From Comamonas serinivorans (GTDB lineage: Bacteria; Pseudomonadota; Gammaproteobacteria; Burkholderiales; Burkholderiaceae_C): a stretch of 64,000 nucleotides of DNA. The notes beneath the pieces are model-generated. The model saw nothing but the letters and a program-made list of their open reading frames with translations. It ran no database searches and was not told where the DNA came from. Of this stretch, positions 40,988 through 50,939 are shown one piece after another. A program made the position numbers and the translations under genes. Position 1 is the first letter of the stretch. Every line of letters starts with the position of its first letter. Where the stretch lies: assembly GCF_002158865.1 (NCBI RefSeq), contig NZ_CP021455.1:1096835-1160834 (forward strand), read 5' to 3'.

Positions 40988-42193
40988 ATGCCAACCGACG
41001 ACCAGGTGGAGGCGAAGCCGCGTCACCGTGACCCAGCTCGCACGGCCACCGCCGCAGACACCAAAAGCGTGACCGGCGCAGCGCAGACGGGCCGTGGCGC
41101 AGCCATCGAGATCGATGGCTCGCAGGGCGAGGGCGGCGGGCAGATCCTGCGCACGGCGCTGGCCTTGTCCATGATCACCGGCCAGCCGCTGCACCTGCGC
41201 GCCATCCGCGCCAAGCGGCCCAAGCCCGGGCTCATGCGCCAGCACCTGATGTGCGTGCAGGCGGCCGCGCAGGTCAGCGGGGCCCACATCAGCGGGGCCG
41301 AGCTGGGGGCCACCGAGTTGCGCTTCGCGCCGGGCCCGGTGCGGGCGAGCGCCTACGAATTTGCCATGGCCAGCGCAGGCAGCTGCATGCTGGTGCTGCA
41401 GACCGTGCTGCCGGCGTTGATGCTGGCCGATGCCCCCAGCACGCTGGTGCTGCGGGGCGGCACGCACAACCCCATGGCGCCCAGCTTCCACTTTGTGCGC
41501 GATGCCTTTGCGCCGCTGGTGCAGCGCCTGGGCGCCGGCCTGACGCTGCAGCTGCAGCGGCTGGGCTTTTACCCCGCAGGCGGTGGCGAGGTCACGGCCA
41601 CCATCACGCCTGCGGCCCGCCTGACCCCGTTCGACCTGACCGAGCGTGGCGAGCTGCAGCAGGGCGATGCTCTGTGCCTGACGCCGGGGCTGTCGGGGTC
41701 GATCGCGCGCCGCGAGCTGACGGCGCTGGGCCAGGCCATGGGCTGGGGCGAGGACCGCTTGCGCTTTGGCGAGGCCAGGCAGCACGAGGGGCCGGGCAAT
41801 GCCTTGATCGCCCGCCTGCGCTACGCCCACGTGACCGAGGTGTTCGTCGAGCTTGGGGCCCGCAACCTGTCGTCGGAGCAGGTGGCCGGCAAGCTGGTGC
41901 AGGCCATCCGGGCGTTTCAACGCCGGCCAGGTGCCGCGGTGGGCCCACACTTGGCCGACCAGCTGGTGCTGCTGCAGGCCCTGGCCGTGTGGCAGGCCGG
42001 ACGGACCGGCAGCCAGGCGGATGCGCCCCACGCCGATGTGCCCCAGGCGGATGTGCCGCAAGCACGCTTCTCGTGCAGCGAGGTGACCGAGCACTTGCGC
42101 ACCAACTGCGTGGTGATCGAACGCTTTCTGCCCGTGCGCTGCACGCTGACCCAGGGCCCTGTGTCCCGGGTGACGGTGCGCTGGGCGGGGTGA
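40988..42193 (+). CDS. rtcA: RNA 3'-terminal phosphate cyclase
   Basis: IEIDGSQGEGGGQILRTALALSMITGQP, GSAGSC and FYPAGGGEV RtcA signature blocks. About 37-aa N-terminal extension and an internal ADVPQADVPQ duplication. RBS GGGAG at 40977. Confidence 0.85.
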   Translation: MPTDDQVEAKPRHRDPARTATAADTKSVTGAAQTGRGAAIEIDGSQGEGGGQILRTALALSMITGQPLHLRAIRAKRPKPGLMRQHLMCVQAAAQVSGAHISGAELGATELRFAPGPVRASAYEFAMASAGSCMLVLQTVLPALMLADAPSTLVLRGGTHNPMAPSFHFVRDAFAPLVQRLGAGLTLQLQRLGFYPAGGGEVTATITPAARLTPFDLTERGELQQGDALCLTPGLSGSIARRELTALGQAMGWGEDRLRFGEARQHEGPGNALIARLRYAHVTEVFVELGARNLSSEQVAGKLVQAIRAFQRRPGAAVGPHLADQLVLLQALAVWQAGRTGSQADAPHADVPQADVPQARFSCSEVTEHLRTNCVVIERFLPVRCTLTQGPVSRVTVRWAG

Positions 42194-42365
42194 GTCCCGC
42201 GCGCCAGTCGGGGCACTGAGGCGGGCTGGCGGGGCCCCTGGCCTCGCCGGCCGGGCCCATGCCATCCCGCGCAAGGCCCGCCGGCGCCGAGGTGCCCGGC
42301 GCCGCGCAACGGACGATGCGCGGAGCTAGGGCCGGGGTGAGCGGGATGGGCGACAATCGCGCGCC

Positions 42366-43250
42366 ATGACTGCAGCCAACCCCTCTGCGGATTCGACCGT
42401 GAATTCCAACGCCTACATCCTGACCCTGTCTTGCCCCGACCGCACGGGCATCGTCCATGCCGTTTCGGGCTTTCTGCTGGAGCAGGGCGGCAACATCGAA
42501 GAAGCCGCGCAATTCAACGACCCGGGCACCGGCCTGTTCTTCATGCGCGTGCGTTTTGCCAGTGCCAGCGCGGACTACGAGGCCCTGCGCGCCAAGCTGA
42601 CCGACTTCGCCAAGCCGCTGGACATGAAGCTGCGCCTGTATTCGACCAGCGAGCCCATGCGCACGGTGATCTTCGTCAGCAAGGAAGGCCACTGCCTCAA
42701 CGACCTGCTGTTCCGCTGGAAGTCGGGCCTGCTGCCCATCGACATCCGCGCCATCGTCAGCAACCACCGCGACTTCTACCAGCTGGCCGCGAGCTACAAC
42801 ATCCCGTTCCACCACCTGCCCATGACCCGGGACAACAAGGCCGAGGTCGAGGCCAAGCAGTTCGAGATCATCAAGCAGGAAAGCGCCGACCTGGTGGTGC
42901 TGGCGCGCTACATGCAGATCCTGTCGGATGACCTGTGCCGCAAGCTGGCGGGGCGGGCCATCAACATCCACCACAGCTTCCTGCCCAGCTTCAAGGGCGC
43001 ACGCCCCTACTACCAGGCGCACGAGCGCGGGGTGAAGCTCATCGGCGCCACGGCGCACTACGTGACGGCCGACCTCGACGAGGGGCCCATCATCGAGCAG
43101 GACGTGGCGCGCGTGGACCACTCGCGCACCGTGGAAGACCTGACCGCCATCGGCCGCGACACCGAGAGCCAGGTGCTGGCCCGCGCCGTGAAGTGGCACA
43201 GCGAGCACCGCGTGCTGCTCAATGGCCACAAGACCGTGGTGTTCCGCTGA
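42366..43250 (+). CDS. purU: formyltetrahydrofolate deformylase
   Basis: ACT domain then formyltransferase core (HHSFLPSFKGARPY). Confidence 0.9.
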   Translation: MTAANPSADSTVNSNAYILTLSCPDRTGIVHAVSGFLLEQGGNIEEAAQFNDPGTGLFFMRVRFASASADYEALRAKLTDFAKPLDMKLRLYSTSEPMRTVIFVSKEGHCLNDLLFRWKSGLLPIDIRAIVSNHRDFYQLAASYNIPFHHLPMTRDNKAEVEAKQFEIIKQESADLVVLARYMQILSDDLCRKLAGRAINIHHSFLPSFKGARPYYQAHERGVKLIGATAHYVTADLDEGPIIEQDVARVDHSRTVEDLTAIGRDTESQVLARAVKWHSEHRVLLNGHKTVVFR

Positions 43251-43385
43251 GCGCCTGAACGGGCGTCGTTCGCGGGTTTTGGGGAGTGCGCCGGCACGCC
43301 GGATGCCGGGTGCTCAACGGGGCCTGCATCGCACGCCGCAGCGCCAGCGGTGCGTGTCGTGTCTGGACGAGGTTGATGGGTGTGT

Positions 43386-43440
43386 GACGGGGTATTGGGT
43401 CAGCCCCGTTCATATATCAACGGCGAGTAAGCCATACCCC
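43386..43440. repeat. SPR family copy
   Basis: GACGGGGTATTGGGTCAGCCCCGTTCATATATCAACGGCGAGTAAGCCATACCCC. Confidence 0.55.
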
Positions 43441-43599
43441 TGATTGATTCGGGTGTGGCATTCACGCCATCCAGCGCCGAGGATGAGGCGCTCAAGAGGA
43501 GCACCACCACTGACGCCTGGCCACCCGCGCATCCCGCATGGCGGCGCGTGCAATCGGCCACGCGGCCACGCCGTCGACCTGCCGCGTTGGGCACGCGAC

Positions 43600-44067
43600 T
43601 CAGCGTGCGCTGGATTCGCCGGCCGCGGGCTGCACCGGCCTGGGGCTTGCGCTGTTGGCCGCCGGCACCACGGCAGGCTGCGCGGGCTTGCGTGCGGGTG
43701 CTGGGGCCGTCGCAGCGCGGGCGGCGGGGCGCGTGCCGCCAACCGGCAACTCGGCATACGGGCGCGACAAGCCGTTGGCCAGGCAGTTGCGCATGGCCTC
43801 GCGGCGCAGCTGCGTCGTGTGCTTGGTCGACTCCCCCTGCACGGCGTTCGAGCTGCGGCGGCAATCGCGCTCGATCGCGGCTTCGGCCTTGGCGCGTCGT
43901 TGCAGGCAGGCCTTGAACTCGCTGGGGCGCTGTTCGGCTGGCAGGGCTTGCAACTCGTGTTGGCACATCTGCATGCGCGTGGGCACGTGCCCGGCGGCGA
44001 CGCCGTCGGCCTGGGCGGCGGACCAGGGCAGCGTCAGGACCAACAGAAGCGGGGTGAGGGGTTTCAT
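43600..44067 (-). CDS. secreted Cys-containing protein (PsiF-repeat-like)
   Basis: Signal peptide MKPLTPLLLVLTLPWSAAQA. Two Cys-pair repeats. Confidence 0.5.
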   Translation of the reverse strand: MKPLTPLLLVLTLPWSAAQADGVAAGHVPTRMQMCQHELQALPAEQRPSEFKACLQRRAKAEAAIERDCRRSSNAVQGESTKHTTQLRREAMRNCLANGLSRPYAELPVGGTRPAARAATAPAPARKPAQPAVVPAANSASPRPVQPAAGESSAR

Positions 44068-44729
44068 GGTGACCGCATTGTCTCCGAGTCCCTGGCCGGC
44101 CCGCGTGACGATGCTGGCCGGTGTGGCGTGATGGAAACGGTGCAGGCGGCGCCCGCGCGTGGCCTGTAGATCCAGTGCGAATGCGCGTCGCGGGTCGCTG
44201 CGTGCGCCTCATGCCGACACGCGCGGCCACACAGGCTGTGTGGCTTGTCCTGCGGCTTCAGAGCGCTCAGGTGCATGCGCCGACGCTGATCGCCGGCTTC
44301 CACCGCCTGCGGCTTGGCCCATGCCCCTTAGACCGCGTGGCGCCGATGTGGCCAGCCGTGGGCATTCGACTGGGCAGCCGTTGGCGAGCGGTGCTTGGCG
44401 CGCCGGATGCGATCGTGTGGCTGAGCAGGACCAGTTCGGCAAAGGCGAGTGGCTTGGCACGCCGGTTTGGCATGCTGATTTGCAAAACAGTTGTGAGCAC
44501 GCGCCTGGGGCCTGGCCCTGGGGCAAGATCGGGCGTTTGGCGCGCATGGCCGCGGCGCGTGGGCCCGTGCGGTCATCGCAATGGCTTCGCGGCCGGCTGG
44601 TGTGCCAGCGCGGCGTGGTTCGCTGGGACCGGCGAGGCTGGCGCGGGCAGGCTGCCTGCGACGCCTTGCACTACGTGCGACTTGCGCATGCGGCCGCAGG
44701 CGCGGGTGAATGGGACGAAGGATGTGGGC

Positions 44730-45134
44730 ATGCAGGCCTTGATGGGGTTGATGTGGTTGCTGGTGTTTCAGGCGGGGGGCGAGTTGCTGGCCCAGAGCCT
44801 GGGACTGGCCTTGCCGGGGGCGGTGCTGGGCATGGCCCTGCTGGTGGTGGCCTTGCGCTGGCGCGCGGTGCGCGAGCCGGTGGCGGCCTGTGCCGACTTC
44901 CTGCTCACGCACCTGTCGCTGCTGTTCGTACCGGCCGGCGTGGGGGTCCTGGCCCACATGGGGCTGGTGACGCAGCATGGCCTGGTGCTGCTGGTCATCC
45001 TGCTGGTGTCCACCGCCATCGGGCTGGTGGTGACTGCCGTGCTGCTGAACTGGCTCACGCGCCATGAAGCCGCTCCATCGGCCGTCCCGCCTGGCGCGGC
45101 GTCGCTCCCTTCGTCGACGGAGCAGGGCGGATGA
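44730..45134 (+). CDS. CidA/LrgA family holin-like protein
   Basis: 134 aa, 4 TM. ATGA overlap with the following LrgB gene. Start is one of two adjacent in-frame candidates, uncertain by 1 nt. Confidence 0.65.
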   Translation: MQALMGLMWLLVFQAGGELLAQSLGLALPGAVLGMALLVVALRWRAVREPVAACADFLLTHLSLLFVPAGVGVLAHMGLVTQHGLVLLVILLVSTAIGLVVTAVLLNWLTRHEAAPSAVPPGAASLPSSTEQGG

Positions 45135-45880
45135 CGGCGCTCTCTGCCTGGGCCGGCCAGGCCGCAGCGCTGTGGCACAGCTGGGCGGCCACGCCGCTGT
45201 TCGGGCTCACGCTCACGCTCATGGTGTACCTGGCGGTGCAAACCGTGTACCGGCGCCTGGGCAACCTGACCTGGGCCAACCCCGTGTTCTGGTCGGTGCT
45301 GGTGGTGGCCGTGGTGCTCAGCGTCACCGGCGTGCCCTATGCGCGCTATTTCGCCAGCGCGCAGTTCATCCACCTGTTGCTGGGCCCGGCCGTGGTGGCC
45401 ATGGCCTGGCCGCTGTGGCAGCGCCGCGCGGCCTTGCGCCAGCGCGGCGTCAAGCTGTTGGCCGTGGCGATGGTGGGCGGCGCATGCGCCGCCGGCTCGG
45501 CCGTGCTCATGGCCTGGTGGTGGGGGCTGCCGCGCGAGGTGATCCTCTCGCTGGCGCCCAAGTCGGTCACCACGCCGGTGGCCATGGGCGTGGCCGACGC
45601 GATCGGTGGCATCCCGGCCCTGTCGGCGGTGTTCGCGGTGCTGACCGGCATGATCGGCGCCATTGGCGGCAAGACCGTGTTTGCCCTGCTGCGCCTGCCG
45701 GCCACCAGCCGCGGCGACATGGTGCGCGGCTTTGCCATGGGCACGGCGGCGCATGGCATCGGCTCGGCGCGCGCGCTGCAGGTCAACGCCGAGGCGGGCG
45801 CCTACGCCGGCCTGGCCATGGGGCTGCAATCGCTGCTGGCGGCCCTGCTGATTCCGCTGCTGGTGCAACTGTGGCCGTGA
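45131..45880 (+). CDS. lrgB: LrgB/CidB family protein
   Basis: Polytopic. LrgB-conserved block APKSVTTPVAMGVA. Confidence 0.8.
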   Translation: MTALSAWAGQAAALWHSWAATPLFGLTLTLMVYLAVQTVYRRLGNLTWANPVFWSVLVVAVVLSVTGVPYARYFASAQFIHLLLGPAVVAMAWPLWQRRAALRQRGVKLLAVAMVGGACAAGSAVLMAWWWGLPREVILSLAPKSVTTPVAMGVADAIGGIPALSAVFAVLTGMIGAIGGKTVFALLRLPATSRGDMVRGFAMGTAAHGIGSARALQVNAEAGAYAGLAMGLQSLLAALLIPLLVQLWP

Positions 45881-46192
45881 AGGCGGGTGGTCGGGCGGCC
45901 AGGCGAGCGCGTTCACCGTGGCCGACGTGGCGCGCGGCCATGGCGTCTGCCCCACGCCACTGAACACCACGCCCGCAACCGGGGTGGTGCTTTGATGGCC
46001 CAGGGCGGCGCTGCGCGCAGCATGCGCTCTGCCGCGGTTCGCGTGGGATGCCGCGCCGCCACGAATGCAATTGAGAATGCATGGCATGTGCATGCAGAGC
46101 GCCAATCAGGGGACATTGCGCCGCCGCTTTGTGGACGGCCCTGGGGGCGGGGATACTCTGGGCATTCGGATGAACCCTGAGGAGAATCGACC

Positions 46193-46669
46193 ATGCAAGG
46201 CGACGCCCAAGTTGTGGACTGCCTGATCGCGCTGCTGCGCGGCGAGCTTGCCGCACGCGACCAGTATTTCGTGCATTCGCGCACCTACGAGGACCAGGGC
46301 TTCACCAAGCTCTACGAGCGCCTCAACCACGAAATGGAAGAGGAAACGCAGCACGCCGACGCCATCCTGCGCCGCATCCTCATGCTGGGGGCGCGACCCG
46401 ACATGCGGCCCACCGCCTTCGAGCCGGGCCTGACGGTGCCCGACATGCTGCGCAAGGACCTGGCCACCGAGTACGAGGTGCGCGCCAACCTGCAGGCCGG
46501 CATTGCGCTGTGCGAGGCGCAGCGTGACTTCGTCACGCGCGACATCCTGCTCGCGCAGCTCCGCGACACCGAGGAAGACCACGCTTACTGGCTCGAAAAG
46601 CAGCTCGGCCTGATCGACAAGGTGGGCCTGCAGAACTACCTGCAGTCGCAGACCAGCGCTGGCGTGTGA
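46193..46669 (+). CDS. bfr: bacterioferritin
   Basis: Full-length Bfr homology including haem-ligand Met and di-iron Glu/His residues. Confidence 0.9.
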   Translation: MQGDAQVVDCLIALLRGELAARDQYFVHSRTYEDQGFTKLYERLNHEMEEETQHADAILRRILMLGARPDMRPTAFEPGLTVPDMLRKDLATEYEVRANLQAGIALCEAQRDFVTRDILLAQLRDTEEDHAYWLEKQLGLIDKVGLQNYLQSQTSAGV

Positions 46670-46986
46670 CAGCGCGGCGGGCCTTGGCTGGCTCGGCCAG
46701 CGGGTGACTGGTTGGCGGCGGGGCTTTGTCCCTGACCGCGGGCACTCGACCTTGGCGCGCCGCCGTTCCCTCCACCCGTTCGCTTGTTCAGCGGTGCGCC
46801 ACAGCTGCCGGCGAACACGGTGTTGCCACCTCCGTCAAGGGCAGACTCACCGCCAACACCTCACAGCCCACACCAACCATCTGACCTGTGCAGCCCTTGG
46901 CCATCCGCCACCCGGTGGTTGACGAGCTGTCAGCGTTTGCAACCAGCCATGACACATGTGGGTGCAGTGTATGGCTTTAGGTGTGA

Positions 46987-47039
46987 CCAGTATGGGTTGA
47001 TTGTCGTTGTTCAAAAAACGGAAATGGCCGCATACTGGG
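46987..47039. repeat. SPR family copy (with a partial upstream duplication GTGTATGGCTTTAGG)
   Basis: CCAGTATGGGTTGATTGTCGTTGTTCAAAAAACGGAAATGGCCGCATACTGGG. Confidence 0.6.
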
Positions 47040-47158
47040 TCAGCTGTTGAATGACCTGCGGCATGCCAGACGACCAACCGGTCCATCGCAGCCCGCGCGT
47101 GGGGCCACCCCAGGTGGTCATAATGGCCCCCGTCTCAACTGACCTGGATGCCCTTCGA

Positions 47159-47626
47159 ATGACCAAGTTCCATGTGCCCTTGCTCGCCGCCCTGATGGCC
47201 ACCGCGTTGACCGCCTGTGCGGGCAACCCCGGTGACAAGTCCGCCGCTGCCGCGCAGCCGCAGCCGGCCGCAGCGCCCGCCGCGCCGGGCAAGGCCGTGA
47301 CCACCGCGAGCGGCCTGACCTACCAGAGCCTGAAGGACGGCACGGGCGCATCGCCCAAGGCCACCAACACCGTGCGCGTGCACTACCACGGCACCCTGGC
47401 GGACGGCAAGGTCTTCGACAGCTCGGTGCAGCGCGGCCAGCCGGCCGAATTCCGCCTGAACCAGGTCATCCCCTGCTGGACCGAAGGCGTGCAGATGATG
47501 AAGGTCGGCGGCAAGGCCAAGCTGACCTGCCCGCCGCAGATCGCCTACGGTGCCCGCGGCGCCGGCGGCGTGATCCCGCCCAACGCCACGCTGACCTTCG
47601 AGGTCGAGTTGCTCGACGTCAAGTGA
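47159..47626 (+). CDS. FKBP-type peptidyl-prolyl cis-trans isomerase, lipoprotein
   Basis: Lipobox ALTAC. FKBP core (VRVHYHGTLADGKVFDSS...ATLTFEVELLDV). Confidence 0.8.
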   Translation: MTKFHVPLLAALMATALTACAGNPGDKSAAAAQPQPAAAPAAPGKAVTTASGLTYQSLKDGTGASPKATNTVRVHYHGTLADGKVFDSSVQRGQPAEFRLNQVIPCWTEGVQMMKVGGKAKLTCPPQIAYGARGAGGVIPPNATLTFEVELLDVK

Positions 47627-47909
47627 CGCCTGGCCTGCAAGCGGCAGGCCATGACACAGCCGACCTCAGGGTCGGCTTTTTTGTGGGCGAGCCGGGCGGT
47701 GACGCTGGCTTCGGGTGTGATGCGGTGAGCGCCCTGTGTCACCTCGCCCACGGCTTGCCATGGCGGTGCAGCGGGACTGACCCATCGGCGTCGGGGCTGC
47801 GGCCGTGAAGCGATGGCGGTTGCTGCACCACCGCCTGTGCGCCAGGGGGCGGCTGAGTGGCGGCCCGATGGCCCGGCGCGGGCGGGAACGGGGTTATCCT
47901 CCGCGTCCC

Positions 47910-49190
47910 ATGTCATTTCACTCTCTGGGCTTGAGCCCCGCGCTGGCGCGCGCCGCCGCCGACCTGGCCTTTGACCAGCCCACGCCGATTCAGGCCGAGG
48001 CGGTGCCCGTCATCCTGCGCGGGGCCGACCTGCTGGCGCGCGCGCAGACGGGCTCGGGCAAGACGGCGGCGTTTGCGCTGCCGCTGCTGCAGGCCTTCGA
48101 GATCTCGCCAGACCAGGGCCCGCGCCGCGTGCAGGCGCTGGTGCTGGCACCCACGCGCGAGCTGGCGGCCCAGATCGGCGAGACGCTGCGCAGCCTGGCG
48201 CGGCACCTGGCGCGGGCGCCGCGCATCGCGGTGGTGTTCGGCGGGGCGTCCATCAACCCCCAGATGATGCGGCTGCGCGGTGGCGCCGACATCGTGGTGG
48301 CCACGCCGGGGCGGCTGCTCGACCTGGTGGACCACAACGCGCTGCGTCTCGCCGAGGTGCGCACGCTGGTGCTCGACGAAGCCGACCGTTTGCTCGACCT
48401 GGGCTTTGCCGACGAGCTGGGCCGTGTGCTGGCGCTGTTGCCGGCGCGGCGGCAGAACCTGCTGTTCTCGGCCACGTATGGCGGCGCGGTGCAGGCGCTG
48501 GCCGAGCGCCTGTTGCACGAGCCGGTGCAGGTCACGATCGCAGCGCCTGCAGTGGCTGACGCGCTGGTGCAGCAACGCGCCATCGCCGTCGATGCGGCCC
48601 AGCGCGCACCGCTGTTGCGCCACCTGCTGCGCCATGCGGGCTGGAGCCGGGTGCTGGTGTTCGTGGCCACGCAACATGCGACGGAGCACCTGGCTGCCAA
48701 GCTGCGCAGCCACGGCATCGCCGCCGCGCCGCTGCACGGGCAATTGAGCCAAGGCGCACGCACGCAGGCGCTGGAGGCCTTCAAGGCCGCGCAGGTGCAG
48801 GTGCTGGTGGCCACCGACCTGGCCGCGCGCGGCATCGACATCGCCCAGCTGCCCGTGGTACTGAACTACGACCTGCCGCGCTCCACCGTCGACTACACGC
48901 ACCGCATCGGCCGCACCGCGCGGGCCGGGCAGGCCGGGCTGGCGGTGAGTTTCGTCAGCGCCGAGACCGAGGCCCATTTCGCGCTGATCGAAAAGCGCCA
49001 GGGCCTGAGCCTGACGCGCGAGCAGATTGCCGGCTTTGAACCCACGCAGACCGACGCGCTACCGCTGGCATTGGTCGATGGCACGGGCGGCATCAAGGGC
49101 AAGCGGCCGAGCAAGAAGGACAAGCTGCGGGCCGCCGCCGCCGCCGCAGCAGCAGCAGCCGCCGCCGACAGCCCGCACCAGGCGGACTGA
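47910..49190 (+). CDS. rhlE: DEAD-box ATP-dependent RNA helicase (RhlE-like)
   Basis: Q motif, AQTGSGKT, DEAD (VLDEADR), SAT, HRIGRTARAG motifs. C-terminal poly-Ala tail. Confidence 0.85.
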   Translation: MSFHSLGLSPALARAAADLAFDQPTPIQAEAVPVILRGADLLARAQTGSGKTAAFALPLLQAFEISPDQGPRRVQALVLAPTRELAAQIGETLRSLARHLARAPRIAVVFGGASINPQMMRLRGGADIVVATPGRLLDLVDHNALRLAEVRTLVLDEADRLLDLGFADELGRVLALLPARRQNLLFSATYGGAVQALAERLLHEPVQVTIAAPAVADALVQQRAIAVDAAQRAPLLRHLLRHAGWSRVLVFVATQHATEHLAAKLRSHGIAAAPLHGQLSQGARTQALEAFKAAQVQVLVATDLAARGIDIAQLPVVLNYDLPRSTVDYTHRIGRTARAGQAGLAVSFVSAETEAHFALIEKRQGLSLTREQIAGFEPTQTDALPLALVDGTGGIKGKRPSKKDKLRAAAAAAAAAAAADSPHQAD

Positions 49191-49251
49191 CGCGTAGCGA
49201 GCGTCAGGCCTGCGCGGGCCGGATGTCTGTGTCCAGGCTGGCGCATTGCAT

Positions 49252-49305
49252 GCCAGTATGGGGAAGATGCCGTTGTTAAAAAAACGGGAGGGGCTAGATA
49301 CTGCC
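49252..49305. repeat. SPR family copy
   Basis: GCCAGTATGGGGAAGATGCCGTTGTTAAAAAAACGGGAGGGGCTAGATACTGCC. Confidence 0.6.
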
Positions 49306-49372
49306 TGCTCGCTGCGCCTGCGTGGCATCACGCCGTGCAGCGGTCCGGCGCTTGGCTTGCGATGGCGCCTCG

Positions 49373-50305
49373 TCAGTCGTCCACGTCATCGTCGGGTGCA
49401 ACGCCTTGCGCCGCGGCCTGCGGGTAGATGGCCTGCACGCACGCCAGCCAAGCACGGGCGGCGCGCGAGAGGCGACCGCGCCGCCACAACAGGACCACGT
49501 CCCAGGCCAGCTCGGGCTCGATGAGCGGGCGGCTGGCCACGCGGGCGGGGTCGAAGCGCGCGATGACGTGCTCGAACATGACGCCCACGCCCAGGTTGGC
49601 GGCCACGAGGTCGCCGAGGAAATCCCAGTAACGCGTCTGCAGCTTCACCTCGGGCGTGAAGCCGGCTGCGGCGCAGGCGTCGAGCACGGCCTGGTGCAGG
49701 TGAAAGTCGGACGTGTAGAGGACGAAGGGCTGATCGGCCAGCTCGCGCCAGCGCACGGGCTGGTGGGGGTCGGCAACGGCCGCGGCCGGGAAGACCGCGC
49801 GCGTGACCTGGTGGGCGAGCACCCACTGCTGCAGCTCGGGATCGCGTTCGCCCCCGGGCTCGTCCCCCAGGCCCACCGTCATGTCGACCTCGCCGTCGAT
49901 CACCGCCTGACGCAGGCCGCGCGCGCCCAGCTCGGCCACCTGCAGCGTGACGCCCGGATGCAGCCGGGCAAAGCGCGCCAGCACCGGGGCCATGTAGTGG
50001 CCGCTGGTGGGCATGACGCCGACGGTGAGGGTGCCGCGTGCCATGCCGTCGACCTCGGCCACCTCCTGCTGCAGGCGCTGTGCATCGGCCAGCAGCTGCT
50101 GGCCGCGCGCGAACACGACCTGGCCGGCGTCGGTCAGCCGCACGCCACGGCCCTGGCGCACCAGCAGCGGGCCGCCCAGCTCGTCTTCGAGTGCGCGCAC
50201 CATCTTGCTGATGGTGGGCTGGGTGACGAACACGGCCTGGGCAGCGCGCGAGAAGCTGTTGTGGTTGACGACTTCGACGAAGTAGCGGAGCGCGCGCAAG
50301 TCCAT
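49373..50305 (-). CDS. LysR-family transcriptional regulator (CidR-like; divergent from the cidA-like gene)
   Basis: N-terminal LysR HTH (FSRAAQAVFVTQPTISKMVRALE) plus substrate-binding domain. Confidence 0.8.
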   Translation of the reverse strand: MDLRALRYFVEVVNHNSFSRAAQAVFVTQPTISKMVRALEDELGGPLLVRQGRGVRLTDAGQVVFARGQQLLADAQRLQQEVAEVDGMARGTLTVGVMPTSGHYMAPVLARFARLHPGVTLQVAELGARGLRQAVIDGEVDMTVGLGDEPGGERDPELQQWVLAHQVTRAVFPAAAVADPHQPVRWRELADQPFVLYTSDFHLHQAVLDACAAAGFTPEVKLQTRYWDFLGDLVAANLGVGVMFEHVIARFDPARVASRPLIEPELAWDVVLLWRRGRLSRAARAWLACVQAIYPQAAAQGVAPDDDVDD

Positions 50306-50310
50306 GGTGG

Positions 50311-50336
50311 ATCAATCATTCGTAGGGTGAATTGAT
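50311..50336. promoter_or_regulatory. LysR-type box ATCAAT-N14-ATTGAT in the cidR-like/cidA-like divergent intergenic region
   Basis: Perfect 6-bp inverted arms. AT-rich island in the 85-bp intergenic region. Confidence 0.4.
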
Positions 50337-50389
50337 TTCATGAAAATAAGTCATTTTGAGAATATCAGCGTAAACCCTAGGATGGGGCC

Positions 50390-50899
50390 ATGTCTCAGCC
50401 CCTGCAGAACGCGGACTTGTCGCACACCCACGCCGCACGCGCCGCCAAGGCCGCCCGGGCGCTGACCGGCGTGGTGGCGCAGGTGGCGGTGCTCAGCGCC
50501 ATCTGGGTGGCCATGGAGCAGCTGCGGCTGCTCCTGGGCTGGCGCATGCCGGCGGGCTTGCTGGGCCTGGCGCTGCTGGCCCTGGGCCTGTTCGCAGGCT
50601 GGGTGAAGGCCGATTGGCTGCGGCGGGGCACCAACTGGCTGTTGGCCGACATGCTGCTGTTCTTCGTGCCCGCCATGCTGGTGGTCACCGACTACCCCGA
50701 TCTGGTGCGCGCGCAGGGCTGGCGCATCCTGGCGGTGATCGTGCTGTCCACGGCGTGCGTGCTGGCCGTCACCGCGGTGGCGGTGGACCGGGTGTACCGC
50801 CTGGAGCTGGCGTGGGCGCGCCGCCGGTCCACCCGGCGTGCGCGGCTGAAGGTGCATGGGTATCAGGCTGCATCGATCGATCAACAAACGCAAAGCTGA
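50390..50899 (+). CDS. CidA/LrgA family protein
   Basis: 4 TM small membrane protein immediately upstream of an LrgB-family gene. Confidence 0.65.
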   Translation: MSQPLQNADLSHTHAARAAKAARALTGVVAQVAVLSAIWVAMEQLRLLLGWRMPAGLLGLALLALGLFAGWVKADWLRRGTNWLLADMLLFFVPAMLVVTDYPDLVRAQGWRILAVIVLSTACVLAVTAVAVDRVYRLELAWARRRSTRRARLKVHGYQAASIDQQTQS

Positions 50900-50939
50900 A
50901 GTACTGCGCCATGATGAAACCAAACACCGAGGGCGTGCC

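Noticed and set aside
49130-49165. GCC/GCA triplet run
   Set aside because: Encodes the poly-Ala C-terminal tail of the DEAD-box helicase. Simple codon repeat, not a regulatory or mobile repeat.
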